Source of the DNA: Fibrobacteria bacterium
GTDB taxonomy: Bacteria; Fibrobacterota; Fibrobacteria; UBA11236
DNA: 64,000 nt
Direction: 5' to 3'
NCBI GenBank assembly: GCA_050486505.1
Contig: JBJHDK010000002.1
Coordinates: forward strand, 1,292-65,291
How positions within the stretch are numbered: position 1 is the first letter of the stretch; each line of letters begins with the position of its first letter. The translations under genes were made by a program, and so were the position numbers. Shown here piece by piece: positions 1 to 10,300 of this stretch. The notes below the pieces were generated by a model. It saw only the letters and a list, made by a program, of their open reading frames with translations, did no database searches and was not told the DNA's origin.

Positions 1-1211
1 TGCGCGCGCGCGGCGGGATAAGTCGCCGATGTTTCGGACGAGGGGCGAGCCGTTGCGCGCTCGACACGGTTCCATGTTCCCGTGTCGTTCTGGAAGAGCG
101 CCTTAAACAAGCCGAGCAACAGGGCGTAGTTCATCGAGACGAAATAGAACGGGATCAACAGGAACTTGTGCCGGCGGGCCCGGGACTTGGCAAGGTAACC
201 GAGCGCGGAGAACACGTAGAATGCCACCTGCAAGACGAGAAGGGACGCGTAAAACAGCGAAGCGGCCGCCAGCACGGCATTGGCGGCCAATGCGACGAGC
301 AGCACGATCGGAGCGATCCACCGCAAGAACTTGTGCGAGAAGAAGCCGTAAGCCACCAAGGGGTGCAACGGGTTCAAAAGAGGAGCGTAGCGCCGAAGAA
401 GGTTGAAGTTGGCCTGGCTGATGCGGACCTTGCGGTGAAACTCACCGTACGTGTCGAGCGATGTCTCCTCGCTGCCGATTGCCTGGGGTTCGTAGACAGC
501 TGCCTTTCCGGCGCGCAGCACGCGCGTGGTGACGAAGAAGTCATCCATTACCTTGCAGGCAGTGGGGATCGGGTGAAAAAGCTCCTTGCGGATGGCGTAG
601 ATTCCGCCGTTGGCCCCGATGACGATGCCAAGCGCCCCTTCCTGCTTCTTGATCTCCGATTCCAGATTCCAGTAAATGCTCTCGCCGATACTGAGGGCCG
701 ATTCACCAGCGTCGTGAAGAATGAGGCGTCCGCAGACGCAGCCCGTGTCGGGATCTTCGAAATGAGCCAGCAACTTCTGCAACACGTTTTTCAGGAGCAT
801 CGTGTTCGCGTCGCAGAAGACGAGAATGTCTCCCTGGGCCGCCGGAACCAACCTGTTCAGGACAGCGGCCTTTCCCTCCCGCTGGGGGAACGCGAAGAGC
901 TTGACGTCGGGGGCATACTGGGCTGCGATGGCCTCGGTGCGGTCGCTGGATCCGTCGGACCCGATCAGGATTTCCAGCTTGGATCGGGGGTATTCGAGCT
1001 CGAAGCAATTCCGGATCTTTTCCTCGAGAATTTTCTCCTCGTTGTAGGCAGCGATGATGATCGAAACCTTCGGGAGCTCCCTCCCGCCTCCGGCAACCGG
1101 AGCCGCTCGACGCGAGGGGACGATGCTACGGAGTACCGGAAGGGAGAGAGGGTACAGGATGTAAGTGTGCAGCAAAAGCGCCACCGACACCCAGAAAACG
1201 ACCTCGATCAT
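1..1211 (-). CDS. Family 2 glycosyltransferase (partial; start codon at 1211-1209, C-terminus beyond window start)
   Basis: My reverse-strand translation from ATG 1211: MIEVVFWVSVALLLHTYILYPLSLPVLRSI...KVSIIIAAYNEEKILEEKIRNCFELEYP...GSDGSSD...VFCDANTML. This is a typical GT2 fold with N-terminal TM helix and D/DxD motifs. No in-frame stop down to position 1. Not in the ORF track because it has no stop; the + ORF 168..1310 is its antisense. Confidence 0.75.
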   Translation of the reverse strand, partial: MIEVVFWVSVALLLHTYILYPLSLPVLRSIVPSRRAAPVAGGGRELPKVSIIIAAYNEEKILEEKIRNCFELEYPRSKLEILIGSDGSSDRTEAIAAQYAPDVKLFAFPQREGKAAVLNRLVPAAQGDILVFCDANTMLLKNVLQKLLAHFEDPDTGCVCGRLILHDAGESALSIGESIYWNLESEIKKQEGALGIVIGANGGIYAIRKELFHPIPTACKVMDDFFVTTRVLRAGKAAVYEPQAIGSEETSLDTYGEFHRKVRISQANFNLLRRYAPLLNPLHPLVAYGFFSHKFLRWIAPIVLLVALAANAVLAAASLFYASLLVLQVAFYVFSALGYLAKSRARRHKFLLIPFYFVSMNYALLLGLFKALFQNDTGTWNRVERATARPSSETSATYPAARA

Positions 1212-1723
1212 CCTTGTTCCTTCACGAACTCATCGAAGGTCATCTTGCGTTCACGCGCTCCGGAAGAAACGTACGTGAGCAACTGGAGCATCAGCTCGGG
1301 ATCGGCATAGGACGCGAATCGGCCGATGATCTCGCCCTTGGGGTTGATGAAAAGCAGCGTCGGGTAGCCGCTGACCCCCCAGATCGTTCCCGCCAACTCC
1401 CGGAAGGTCGTCGTCTGCCCGTGCCAGATGACGGGCTGGTCGCTTTCCGCATTGATCATCACGCTCTCGAAATTCTTCCAAAGCTCCGCAAGCACAGGCT
1501 CGGCGCGAAGGGTCACATTGTTGAGGCGCCGGCAATAACCGCACCAGTCGGTATAAACCGAAACGAAGACGTATTTGTCCGCCGACGCAGCGCGCTCCAG
1601 ACTCTGCTCAAGGGAAAGCCACCGCACCGATTTGGGAACGGACGAACGGTCGGGCTGGGCCGTCCCTGCGGAAGGGAGGAGCAACAGTGCGAAAGCAAGG
1701 ACTGCCGCAAGTGAACGCATCAT
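1208..1723 (-). CDS. Secreted thioredoxin-fold protein (WCGYC active site; TlpA/DsbD-like thiol:disulfide oxidoreductase family)
   Basis: Signal peptide MMRSLAAVLAFALLLLPSAGTAQ; WCGYC redox motif; 4-nt overlap (ATGA) with the GT2 gene start. Confidence 0.8.
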   Translation of the reverse strand: MMRSLAAVLAFALLLLPSAGTAQPDRSSVPKSVRWLSLEQSLERAASADKYVFVSVYTDWCGYCRRLNNVTLRAEPVLAELWKNFESVMINAESDQPVIWHGQTTTFRELAGTIWGVSGYPTLLFINPKGEIIGRFASYADPELMLQLLTYVSSGARERKMTFDEFVKEQG

Positions 1724-1735
1724 AACCGGAAAAGG

Positions 1736-2065
1736 CTAAAGAGAAGCGTCCAGCTTCTCCGCGATCTTGGCCTTGGGGTAGGCGCCGACCAGTTGCTGGA
1801 CCATTTCCCCGTTCTTGAAGAACATGATGGTGGGAATGCTGCGGATCCCGTAACGCGATGCGATTTCAGAGGCTTCGTCGGTATTCAGCTTGGCGACCTT
1901 CGCCTTGCCTTGATACTCCTTGGCGATTTCTTCGACGACGGGGCCGACCATTCGGCAAGGACCGCACCAAGGAGCCCAGAAATCCACCAGAACCGTTCCT
2001 TGGTACTGGGCCACTTCCTGATCGAAGTTCTCGTTCGTCAACTCAACCACTGCTTCACCGGCCAT
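1736..2065 (-). CDS. trxA: Thioredoxin
   Basis: 109 aa; canonical WCGPC motif; full-length thioredoxin-1-like sequence. Confidence 0.95.
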   Translation of the reverse strand: MAGEAVVELTNENFDQEVAQYQGTVLVDFWAPWCGPCRMVGPVVEEIAKEYQGKAKVAKLNTDEASEIASRYGIRSIPTIMFFKNGEMVQQLVGAYPKAKIAEKLDASL

Positions 2066-2381
2066 TGGGCTCTCCTTGTTTTTCTTGTTGCAACGCCTCG
2101 ATCCGCGCGACGACCCGTTCCTGGAAAGGCCTCCAAGCGTCGGGGTTCCCGGCTAGTTGCATGTAATGCTCATGAAACTCCGCGGATGTCATCCCATGTT
2201 GGGCCAAAACGACCCGCCTCATCTCCGCCGCCCTTTCAATGTCATGATCCAGAGCGAGGGAGACCAGCTTCAAATCCGCGTACAAATCTACAAATTTGGC
2301 ATCAGGGGTATGCTCATCGGTGCCACAGGCCACAAGAAAAAGCAGGCTCCAAATTCCCAATATTGCCCGCTTTTCTACCAT
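2055..2381 (-). CDS. Hypothetical lipoprotein
   Basis: Lipobox LFLVAC-G after MVEKRAILGIWSL; start chosen at the internal Met (2381) of track ORF 2055..2411; overlaps trxA start by 11 nt. Confidence 0.5.
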   Translation of the reverse strand: MVEKRAILGIWSLLFLVACGTDEHTPDAKFVDLYADLKLVSLALDHDIERAAEMRRVVLAQHGMTSAEFHEHYMQLAGNPDAWRPFQERVVARIEALQQEKQGEPNGR

Positions 2382-2472
2382 ACTGCCCTCTTTTCCACAA
2401 TCTAACGCCAATCGGCTGATCCGGCGTACGGGGAACGTCGCGACCGCGTCACGTTTTTGTCAGCACCCGCCT

Positions 2473-3378
2473 TCACGCACCGAACAGCCCCCTCGCGAAA
2501 GTTTCCCGGTCGAAAGGGAGCAGATCATCCAACCCCTCTCCGACTCCGACCCAGCGGACGGGCGCATCGAACTCCCTTGAAAGCGTCAGGACCGCCCCTC
2601 CCTTCGCTGTTCCGTCAAGCTTCGTGATGACCAGCCCGTCGAGCGGCACCACGGCTCCGAAGCCCTTGAACTGGGGAATGGCATTTTGCCCGGTATTCCC
2701 GTCGACCACCAGCAAAGCCTGGTGAGGAAGGGCCGGGTCGTGCTTGCGAAGCACCCGAATCAACTTGCGCAGCTCCTCCATGAGGTTGTCGCGCGTGTGC
2801 AGGCGGCCCGCGGTGTCGATGAGCAAGACATCATGACCGCGGGCCTTGGCGGCGGCGTAGGCATCATACGCCACCGAGGCGGCATCGGCCCCCTCATGGT
2901 GCTTGATGACTTCGACCCCGGCCCGATCGGCCCAGGTTTCGAGCTGTGCCACCGCTCCGGCGCGAAAGGTATCGCAGGCGGCGAGCAGCACCTTCTTGCC
3001 CTCGCCGAGGTAACGGTGCGCGATTTTCGCCACCGATGTCGTCTTGCCGGCGCCGTTGACTCCGATGAACAAGACGACGAACGGCTTGGGAAGGGGCGAG
3101 GGAAGGGGGGCCGGCTCGCGCAGGAGTTCCTTGGCCTCCTCGGCGAGCCAGGTCAGCAGGAGTTCCGGGGTCACGTCGCGGCCGTGCGCCCGTTCCCGAA
3201 GCCCTTCGAGCAGGCGCTGGGTCGTCTCGATGCCGATGTCGGCCGCGAGCAGCCGCTCCTCGAGGGACTCCAGGGTCTCTTCCGTGAGAAGGCCCTTGCC
3301 GAAGGCGCCCAGCAGCTCGCGCGTCAGGCTTTCGCGGGTGCGCGAAAGGCCCGAGCGTATCTTGTCGAACAATCCCAT
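2473..3378 (-). CDS. ftsY: Signal recognition particle receptor FtsY (short form)
   Basis: NG domain with GVNGAGKTT P-loop, DTAGR and TKLDG motifs. Confidence 0.95.
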   Translation of the reverse strand: MGLFDKIRSGLSRTRESLTRELLGAFGKGLLTEETLESLEERLLAADIGIETTQRLLEGLRERAHGRDVTPELLLTWLAEEAKELLREPAPLPSPLPKPFVVLFIGVNGAGKTTSVAKIAHRYLGEGKKVLLAACDTFRAGAVAQLETWADRAGVEVIKHHEGADAASVAYDAYAAAKARGHDVLLIDTAGRLHTRDNLMEELRKLIRVLRKHDPALPHQALLVVDGNTGQNAIPQFKGFGAVVPLDGLVITKLDGTAKGGAVLTLSREFDAPVRWVGVGEGLDDLLPFDRETFARGLFGA

Positions 3379-3400
3379 TGCGAGGGGATCCGAACTGCGC

Positions 3401-4003
3401 CTAGAAGCGCGGGGAGACGATGTCGACGAGCCCGTAAGCCTTCGCTTCCTCGGACGTCATGAACTTGTCGCGGTCGGTGTCTTGCTCGATCTTGTCGACA
3501 TCGTGGCCGGAGTGGTCGGAGAGGATCTTGTTCAACGTCTGACGAATGCGCAGCATTTCCTCCGCCTGGATCTCGATGTCTGACGCGGGGCCGAACATGT
3601 GGCCGGAGATCAGGGGTTGGTGGATCATGACGCGGGCGTTGGGCCAAGCGTAGCGCTTGCCCTTGCGTCCCGCGGCGAGCAGCACCGCTCCCATGCTCGC
3701 AGCCTGGCCGCACACAACGGTCGCCACCGGGGACTTCACCGCCTGCATGACGTCATAGATGGCCAGCCCCGAGGAAATCACGCCACCCGGGCTATTAATG
3801 AAGAATGTGATTTCTTCGTTGCCCTTTGAGTCGAGATAGAGGAACTGCTTCACGAGACGCTCGGCCGCAACGTCGTCCACCGGCGTCCAAAGGAAAATCT
3901 TGCGCTGCTTCAGGAAGGATTCTGCGATTTCCTTGGCCAGGGCAAAGCCCTCGTCCTTATCCTTCTCCTTGTCCTTGTCGTCATTCAACAAAAAATCGCG
4001 CAT
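3401..4003 (-). CDS. clpP: ATP-dependent Clp protease proteolytic subunit
   Basis: ClpP-family motifs IFL..PVDD, GQAASMGA (Ser nucleophile), MIHQP (His). Confidence 0.9.
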   Translation of the reverse strand: MRDFLLNDDKDKEKDKDEGFALAKEIAESFLKQRKIFLWTPVDDVAAERLVKQFLYLDSKGNEEITFFINSPGGVISSGLAIYDVMQAVKSPVATVVCGQAASMGAVLLAAGRKGKRYAWPNARVMIHQPLISGHMFGPASDIEIQAEEMLRIRQTLNKILSDHSGHDVDKIEQDTDRDKFMTSEEAKAYGLVDIVSPRF

Positions 4004-4104
4004 AAAACCGCCTGAGTTTCAGTGTTTTGGGGAGAAGATACATCCGCCCCGTAACCATGGAAATGCGTTTCAGGATGGAACAGGGGGCAATCAATACAAC
4101 ATAC

Positions 4105-4190
4105 AGCAAAACAGCAATACAACAATAGGGAAGCCGGAATTCGATCGCCCGCCCCTTTATTGTTGTACTGCTGTACTGTCCATTGTTTTA
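4105..4190. repeat. Long imperfect inverted repeat (~35-nt arms, ~32-nt loop) in the AT-rich cysS-clpP intergenic region
   Basis: CAATACAACATACAGCAAAACAGCAATACAACAAT ... ATTGTTGTACTGCTGTACTGTCCATTGTTTTACTGTACACTG; arms built from repeated CAATACAACA / TGTACTG units; local GC far below the window average. Confidence 0.5.
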
Positions 4191-4202
4191 CTGTACACTG
4201 CC

Positions 4203-5633
4203 CTACTGCCTCTCCCATTCCATCGTCCCGTCCGGGTTGTCTTTCAGCACGAAGCCAGCGGCGCGGAACCGGTCCCTGATCGCGTCACTGCGCGCCCAGT
4301 CCTTGTTCTTGCGGGCTTCGGCGCGCTCCGCCAGAAGCGGGACGAGTTCGGCGGGCAACTCGACCGCGTCCTCCGTTTCGGCGGGCTCCGTCAGACGAAG
4401 TCCGAGCATGGTGTCGAACAGCGCCACCAGCCCCGCACGCTCGCCCTCGAGCAAGTCGGGATCCTTCAGCATGAGGTTCATGATGCCGAGTGCCTGGGGG
4501 AAGTTCAGATCATCGCCGACCGCCTCCTCGAAACGGGCGCGCCACTCGAGTGCGCGGTCGGAGCGCACGGGGGCCGCCTTGCCGATGAACGGATCGGTAC
4601 GCTTGCGCAGGTTGCGCAGGGAATCGCGCGCGGTGTCCATGCCCTGGTAGCTGAAGTTCAGGTAATTGCGGTAGTGCGCCGTCAAGCAGAAGTAGCGGTA
4701 ATCCATGGCCGAGTAACCCTGCCTGATCAGCACATCGAGCGTGATGAACTCGCCGGAGGACTTGGACATTTTGCCCGCCCCCCCTTTGCACGTCTCGTCA
4801 GGCGCCTCGAGCAACCAGCCGCCGTGGATCCAGAAGCGCGCGAACGGCTTGCCGGTGGCGCACTCCGATTGCGCGATCTCGTTGGTGTGATGCACGCGGA
4901 TGTGGTCGGTGCCCCCGCAGTGGATGTCGATGGTCTCGCCCAGCAGCTTCATCGCCATCGCGGAGCATTCGACGTGCCATCCCGGAAACCCGCGGCCCCA
5001 CGGGGAGTCCCATTCCATCTGTCGTTGCGCGTCTTTGGGCGAAAACTTCCACAGCGCAAAGTCGGTGGGATTACGCTTCCCCTCCGCCATGGCGACGCGC
5101 GCCCCCGCCTGCATTCCCTCGAGGTCGAGCTTCGCGAAGTCGGCATAACGCGGAAACTTCGCTGTGTCGAAATACACGCCATCTTCGGGCACGACATAAG
5201 CGTAACCCTTCTCCTCGAGCTCGCGCACCAGTTCGATCTGCTCGGGAATGTGCCCCGTCGCCTTGGGCCAGGCGGTGGGCTCACGCAGGTTGAGCGCCTT
5301 CCAGTCCTTGAAGAAGGCCTGCGCATACTGTTCCGCGATGTCCCACACCGACTTGCCCTCGCGGCGGGCACCCTTCTCCATCTTGTCTTCGCCGGTGTCG
5401 GCGTCGGAGGTGAGGTGGCCAACGTCGGTGATGTTGACCACATGCTGTACGGTGTATCCGGCGTGCTCGAGGGCGCGGCGCAACAGGTCCTCGAAGACGT
5501 AGGTGCGCAGGTTGCCGATGTGGGCGAAGTGGTACACCGTCGGGCCGCAGCAGTACATCTTCACGATCCCGGGCGTGATGGGTTCGAAGGGCTGCTTGGC
5601 ACGGGCGGCGGTATTGTAAAGATGGAGCTGCAT
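4203..5633 (-). CDS. cysS: Cysteine--tRNA ligase
   Basis: HIGN and KMSKS class-I aaRS motifs; full-length CysRS. Confidence 0.95.
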   Translation of the reverse strand: MQLHLYNTAARAKQPFEPITPGIVKMYCCGPTVYHFAHIGNLRTYVFEDLLRRALEHAGYTVQHVVNITDVGHLTSDADTGEDKMEKGARREGKSVWDIAEQYAQAFFKDWKALNLREPTAWPKATGHIPEQIELVRELEEKGYAYVVPEDGVYFDTAKFPRYADFAKLDLEGMQAGARVAMAEGKRNPTDFALWKFSPKDAQRQMEWDSPWGRGFPGWHVECSAMAMKLLGETIDIHCGGTDHIRVHHTNEIAQSECATGKPFARFWIHGGWLLEAPDETCKGGAGKMSKSSGEFITLDVLIRQGYSAMDYRYFCLTAHYRNYLNFSYQGMDTARDSLRNLRKRTDPFIGKAAPVRSDRALEWRARFEEAVGDDLNFPQALGIMNLMLKDPDLLEGERAGLVALFDTMLGLRLTEPAETEDAVELPAELVPLLAERAEARKNKDWARSDAIRDRFRAAGFVLKDNPDGTMEWERQ

Positions 5634-5773
5634 GGGTCACCAAAGATAGTAGGGGCGACCCGCCGGGTCGCCCTCGGCACAGGGAGCACGCAAGGATCGC
5701 CGCCGCGCGCGCCGCGTACTGTGCGCCCCGACAGGGAGTCGATGTCCCCGCAAAGGCGAGCCACGGCTCGCCC

Positions 5774-7255
5774 CTACTCCTCCCCGACACCCACAACGGT
5801 GATGTACAGGATGCCGTGGCTCAACGGCAATTCCAAAAGTTCGTTGGCAAGGTCGTCGTAGTAGCCGCCGATGCCCGACGAGCCGAGATCGCGGTGCACC
5901 GCCCACAACTGGATGCGCTCGCCGATCATGCCGCAGTCCATGCAGGCGTAGCGATACCCGCGATCCCCGTACGCGTCGACCAGCGCCTCGATGTCGGCCG
6001 TGTACACGAGGGCGAAGGCGCAGTCCGAGGCGATGTCCTGGCCGAGGCTGACGGCGTGCATGTCGGCCCTGAAATCTCCCGCGCGCTTGAGGCTCCACTC
6101 CTGCGTCGCGGGATCGACGGCGTAAACGCCGGGCTCGATCCCGTCCACGGAAAAGGCGACGACGTGCAGCCCGAGAACGTCCCGGGTGAGGGTGACCTGC
6201 TCCACGCCCGCCGCCGGACGGAGCGCGAATCGCAGCATGTCCTCCGCATCGCGCAAGGAGATGGATGCGCCGGTGAAGCGCCGCGTCGAACGACGGCGAA
6301 GAATCACCGGCTGCGGGTTGAAGTCCGCCTCCCCGGGCCTGGCCTGTCGTCCGAACCTTGCCGCGTCGTCAGGCAAGGACAGTCCGCCGACCGCTGGACG
6401 CAAGGGGTCGCTCAGCGCAATGCGCTCGCAGGCGTTTTGCTGCACCTGCATGGCGTCGTCGGAGTCGGCACGGGTGATGGCCACCTCGGGGAGCGGTCCC
6501 GGAAACTGTCCCCCGCCGGGGGGAAGATGGCCTCCGGGCCCCAAAGCGATCCCCAGCAAGGGAAACTCCTCCTTGCGTCCGAGGAAAAGAAGTTCCTCGA
6601 GGCCGTCGTCCCGGAACCCGCCGAGCACGCGGGCATCGATTCCCATGGCCGCCGCGACCTCGAGCAGGTTGGCGGCGGCGTGCCCCGTGTCAAGGAGGAT
6701 GCGGCGGTAGGCACGCTCCTTGTAACGCCAGGCGCTGCGCGCGTAAACGCCCGTGAAAAGCACCATGCAGCGGGTTTTGGCGACGACGGAATGTCCCAGA
6801 AAGTGGTGCCTCAGATCGGCAAAGAAATCTCCCTGCCAAACCGGAATGAGAGCGTTGCGCAAGGAGTGGTAGTGGTAAATGCCCGCGGGGAGATCGACGA
6901 AATCGCGTACGGCGACGTAAACCTCGGTCGGGTAGAGCCCGCCTGCGGACGGGGCTGCGCGCAGGTACCAATCGTTGCCCCCGCCCGTGACGCGCGCGGT
7001 GAGTCCCAACGTCAGGTGCAGCAGGCGGACAAGCGCGGGCAGGGCCTCGTCTCCCAGCCAAGGGGCGACGGGGCCGAACGGCGCATCGACTTCCTCGAAG
7101 AGCCCCCGCAACTGCGGAACGAGGTCGACGCTGCGACCCTCGGGCGCATCCTTGAAGGGCTCGGGTTGCTCCGTCCAACGGACCGTGCCGAGGCGATCAA
7201 TGGTTTCGGGCCGGTATTTGGTGAGCTCGTGGTAGCGCGCGGTAAAACTTGGCAC
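5774..7255 (-). CDS. SagB/ThcOx-type dehydrogenase (tandem nitroreductase-fold domains)
   Basis: 493 aa; two nitroreductase-like halves; the ~500-aa SagB-type architecture; no adjacent cyclodehydratase. Confidence 0.65.
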   Translation of the reverse strand: MPSFTARYHELTKYRPETIDRLGTVRWTEQPEPFKDAPEGRSVDLVPQLRGLFEEVDAPFGPVAPWLGDEALPALVRLLHLTLGLTARVTGGGNDWYLRAAPSAGGLYPTEVYVAVRDFVDLPAGIYHYHSLRNALIPVWQGDFFADLRHHFLGHSVVAKTRCMVLFTGVYARSAWRYKERAYRRILLDTGHAAANLLEVAAAMGIDARVLGGFRDDGLEELLFLGRKEEFPLLGIALGPGGHLPPGGGQFPGPLPEVAITRADSDDAMQVQQNACERIALSDPLRPAVGGLSLPDDAARFGRQARPGEADFNPQPVILRRRSTRRFTGASISLRDAEDMLRFALRPAAGVEQVTLTRDVLGLHVVAFSVDGIEPGVYAVDPATQEWSLKRAGDFRADMHAVSLGQDIASDCAFALVYTADIEALVDAYGDRGYRYACMDCGMIGERIQLWAVHRDLGSSGIGGYYDDLANELLELPLSHGILYITVVGVGEE

Positions 7256-7326
7256 GGATTCAAGTTAGGCAGGGAGGCTCTTTTTGTACACTATACCCCC
7301 ATGTTTCCGCCAGGCTGTCCCCGTTC

Positions 7327-10300
7327 ATGACGCGCCACGCGCTGTGCGCCCTGGCCGCGCTTTTCCTGCTTCACGGCGCGCATGCGGGCGGATTCACGCT
7401 CAACCGCAATGCCGCGCACATCGACTGGCGCACCGCCGAGACCGAGCATTTCAGGTTTCACTACCCCCGCGAGCTTGAGGACGTGGCGGGTCACATTGCC
7501 GGAATCGCCGAAGAGGTGGCTGCCGACAAGCTGGCCCGTTACGCCATCACGCTACCCAACAAGGTCGAATTCGTCGTGCGCGACGACATCTTCTCCAACG
7601 GTTGGGCGAACGCCCTGCAAAACACCATGACCGTGTGGGCCACGGACTGGGACTTTCCGGTGCGCGGCACCCACAACTGGATCCGCGACGTCGTCACCCA
7701 CGAGTTCGCCCATCTTGTTTCAATCCAGTCGGGGTCGAAGCTGCCCAGCTTCTTGCAGGGCGTGGTCGCAGGGTTCGAAGGATATTACAACGCGCCCCTG
7801 CAACCCCGTCTCGCGACCATTTTTCCCTTCACGCACCAGCCCGCATGGTTCGCCGAGGGCGTCGCTCAATACGAATCGGAACTTTCCGGGTATGACGCAT
7901 GGGATTCCCATCGCGACATGCTCCTGAGGATTTCGGCCCTGGAGAACCGCCTCCTGCCGATCGAGCGCATGAGCGTCTTCGCCGGCAATGCGCTTGAGTA
8001 CGAGCTGGGCCCATACACGCAAGGCTTCGCCCTCACCCGCTTCATCGCCGAACGTTACGGCGACGAAGCCGTATTGCGACTTTGGGCCGAGAATGCCCGG
8101 ATCCATCGCCAGACGATGTCGGGGTCGATGCAGCGCGTCCTCGGCAAAAGCGACCGCGAGGTGTTCCGGGAGTGGAGAAGCGAAATCACGGCACGTTACA
8201 CCGACCAGGTCCGCGACCTGGGCGAGCTGCACCAAGGGCAGAAGCTCACCTCGAAGGGCTTCTACAACTACTACCCGCGCTGGGACGCGAAAGGCGAGGG
8301 GGTTTTCTTCGTCAGCAATGCCGGGCGCGACGACTTCCGCGCGACGCTCGGGCGGGTGGCGCTCGAGGATACCGTCAAGCCCGAGGAAGAACGGTTCGAG
8401 CCCGTGCCCGGCATCAGGGGATTCTTCGATGTCGCCGCGGACGACAGCACCTTCCTGTACGCGTCGGCCCGCGAGCGGGACAGGAACGGAGTCCACACCC
8501 TCGACATCTACCAGCGCAACCTGCGGCGCGACGCGCGATTCTTCGAGAGACAGGATCCCACCGAGAAGCGCTTCACCCGCGACCTCAATGCCGTGCATCC
8601 GAACTACGCCCCTGACGGAACGCGCATCGCCTTCGTATATGCCGAGGCTTCGAATTTCTTTCTCGCGGTCGCACCGGTTCCCGAAGGGGACTCCCTGGAT
8701 GCGGAGGACGTCCGCACGCTCTTCCCTCCGCCCGAATTGCTGGAGAGGAGATTCGGCTTCAACATCTATACCCCGAAGTTTTCCCCCGACGGGGAGCGTA
8801 TCCTGTTCTCTTGGTTTGACGGGGCGGAACGCAACATCGGCATCATCAACGCCGACGGATCGGGGTTCCAGGGATTGGTCACCGGCCCCGAGGACGCGCG
8901 CGACCCGGAGTGGGACCCCGATGGAAACTCCTTCTACTATGCCTCGGACAAGACCGGCATTTTCAACCTCTACCGTTTCGACCTGACGACCGGCGACACG
9001 GAGCCCGTCACCAATGTGCTTGGCGGCGCCTTCCTGCCCTCCGTTTCGCCCGACGGGGAACGCATCGCCTACGTGAATTACGACCGCGACGGTTTTTCCA
9101 TCTACGTGTTGCACGACCCCGTTCGCGTGAACGTACCCGCGGCCTCGCATCTGGAGCAGCGACATGCGACATCGGCGCCGCCCGCGCTCGAGTTCGCCGG
9201 GCTAGGGCGCTCCTATACCCCGGTGCCGACCCGGGGGATTCTTACGCCCATCCTTTTCGGGCAGCAGACACTGGCGGCCACCCGCGAGAAGGGCGTCATC
9301 CCCGAACAGGGGGTCACCAAGTGGCTCGCCGGAGCCTCGGGGTACCTCACCGATCCCGTGCTCAAGAACGAGCTCTCCGCCGTGCTGCTCGCGGAAATCG
9401 GCAACGGGTTCGCATACTTCGGCAGGCACAGCGCATTGGTGTCTCCCGACAAGGAATCGCAGCTCTACGTCGACATCACCAACAATGCCACTCCGGTGAC
9501 CCTGCAGGCATCCTTCTTCCGCGGGAACCTCAACACCTTCGACACCGTCACCGTCCGCGACCAGCCGCAGCCCGGCGGCGGCGTGGCCGACGAGCAACTG
9601 CGCCAGGATTACGCGCTCACGTTCCGCAGCGTGGAAGCCGCCGCGGCCTACAATCTGTTCGACGCCCAGGCAGTGGGAACCTGGGATCGTCCCAGCCACG
9701 TGCGCATGGCACTCGGCTACGATTGGAACGACTTCAACTTCTACGATCTCGGCGGCGGGCAGGGGTTCGCCTTCACCTACTACAAGAGCCTGCGCCTGAC
9801 CACGAGCCTGAATCTTCACGGCTCGGGCTACAGCGACAAGGGGTTGGTGGCTCCGAGAGGTTTCGCCGCGATCCTGGCTCACACCTTCCGCGAGAGCGAT
9901 CTCTTCGGTTGCGACAGCGATTACATCAGCGACTGTTTCGACTTCGAGGGCGGCGCCCTTCGTCCCCGCTACCAAACCTACCGGTTTCACGAACTCGATG
10001 CCGGGGCGACCTACGGTCGCGCAATGCCGTGGTCGCGCAATGCCAGCATCGTCGCATCGGTGTTCGCCTCGAGCCTCGCCGACTGGTCGCTCACCCGCAG
10101 CGAACTCGCCGCCGACACGCTCGACCGCTTTTTCGAGAGAGGCCTGTTCCTGCGCGGCTACCCCTTCCTGCGCGACATCGAAAGCCTCGCCTTCGGCGGG
10201 GAGAATTCCATCACGCTCAGCCTTGATCTCAATCAACCCCTGATCGCCGACATTTATCGCAACTACTGGACGGTGTTCGTCGAGGATCTTTATCTGCACC

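Noticed and set aside
168-1310. 380-aa + strand ORF in the track
   Set aside because: Low-complexity, non-protein-like translation; exactly antisense, codon-aligned, to a convincing GT2 glycosyltransferase on the minus strand. High-GC antisense artefact.
3900-5861. 653-aa + strand ORF
   Set aside because: Antisense to cysS, which has full class-I synthetase motifs; Arg/Ala/Gly-rich junk translation.
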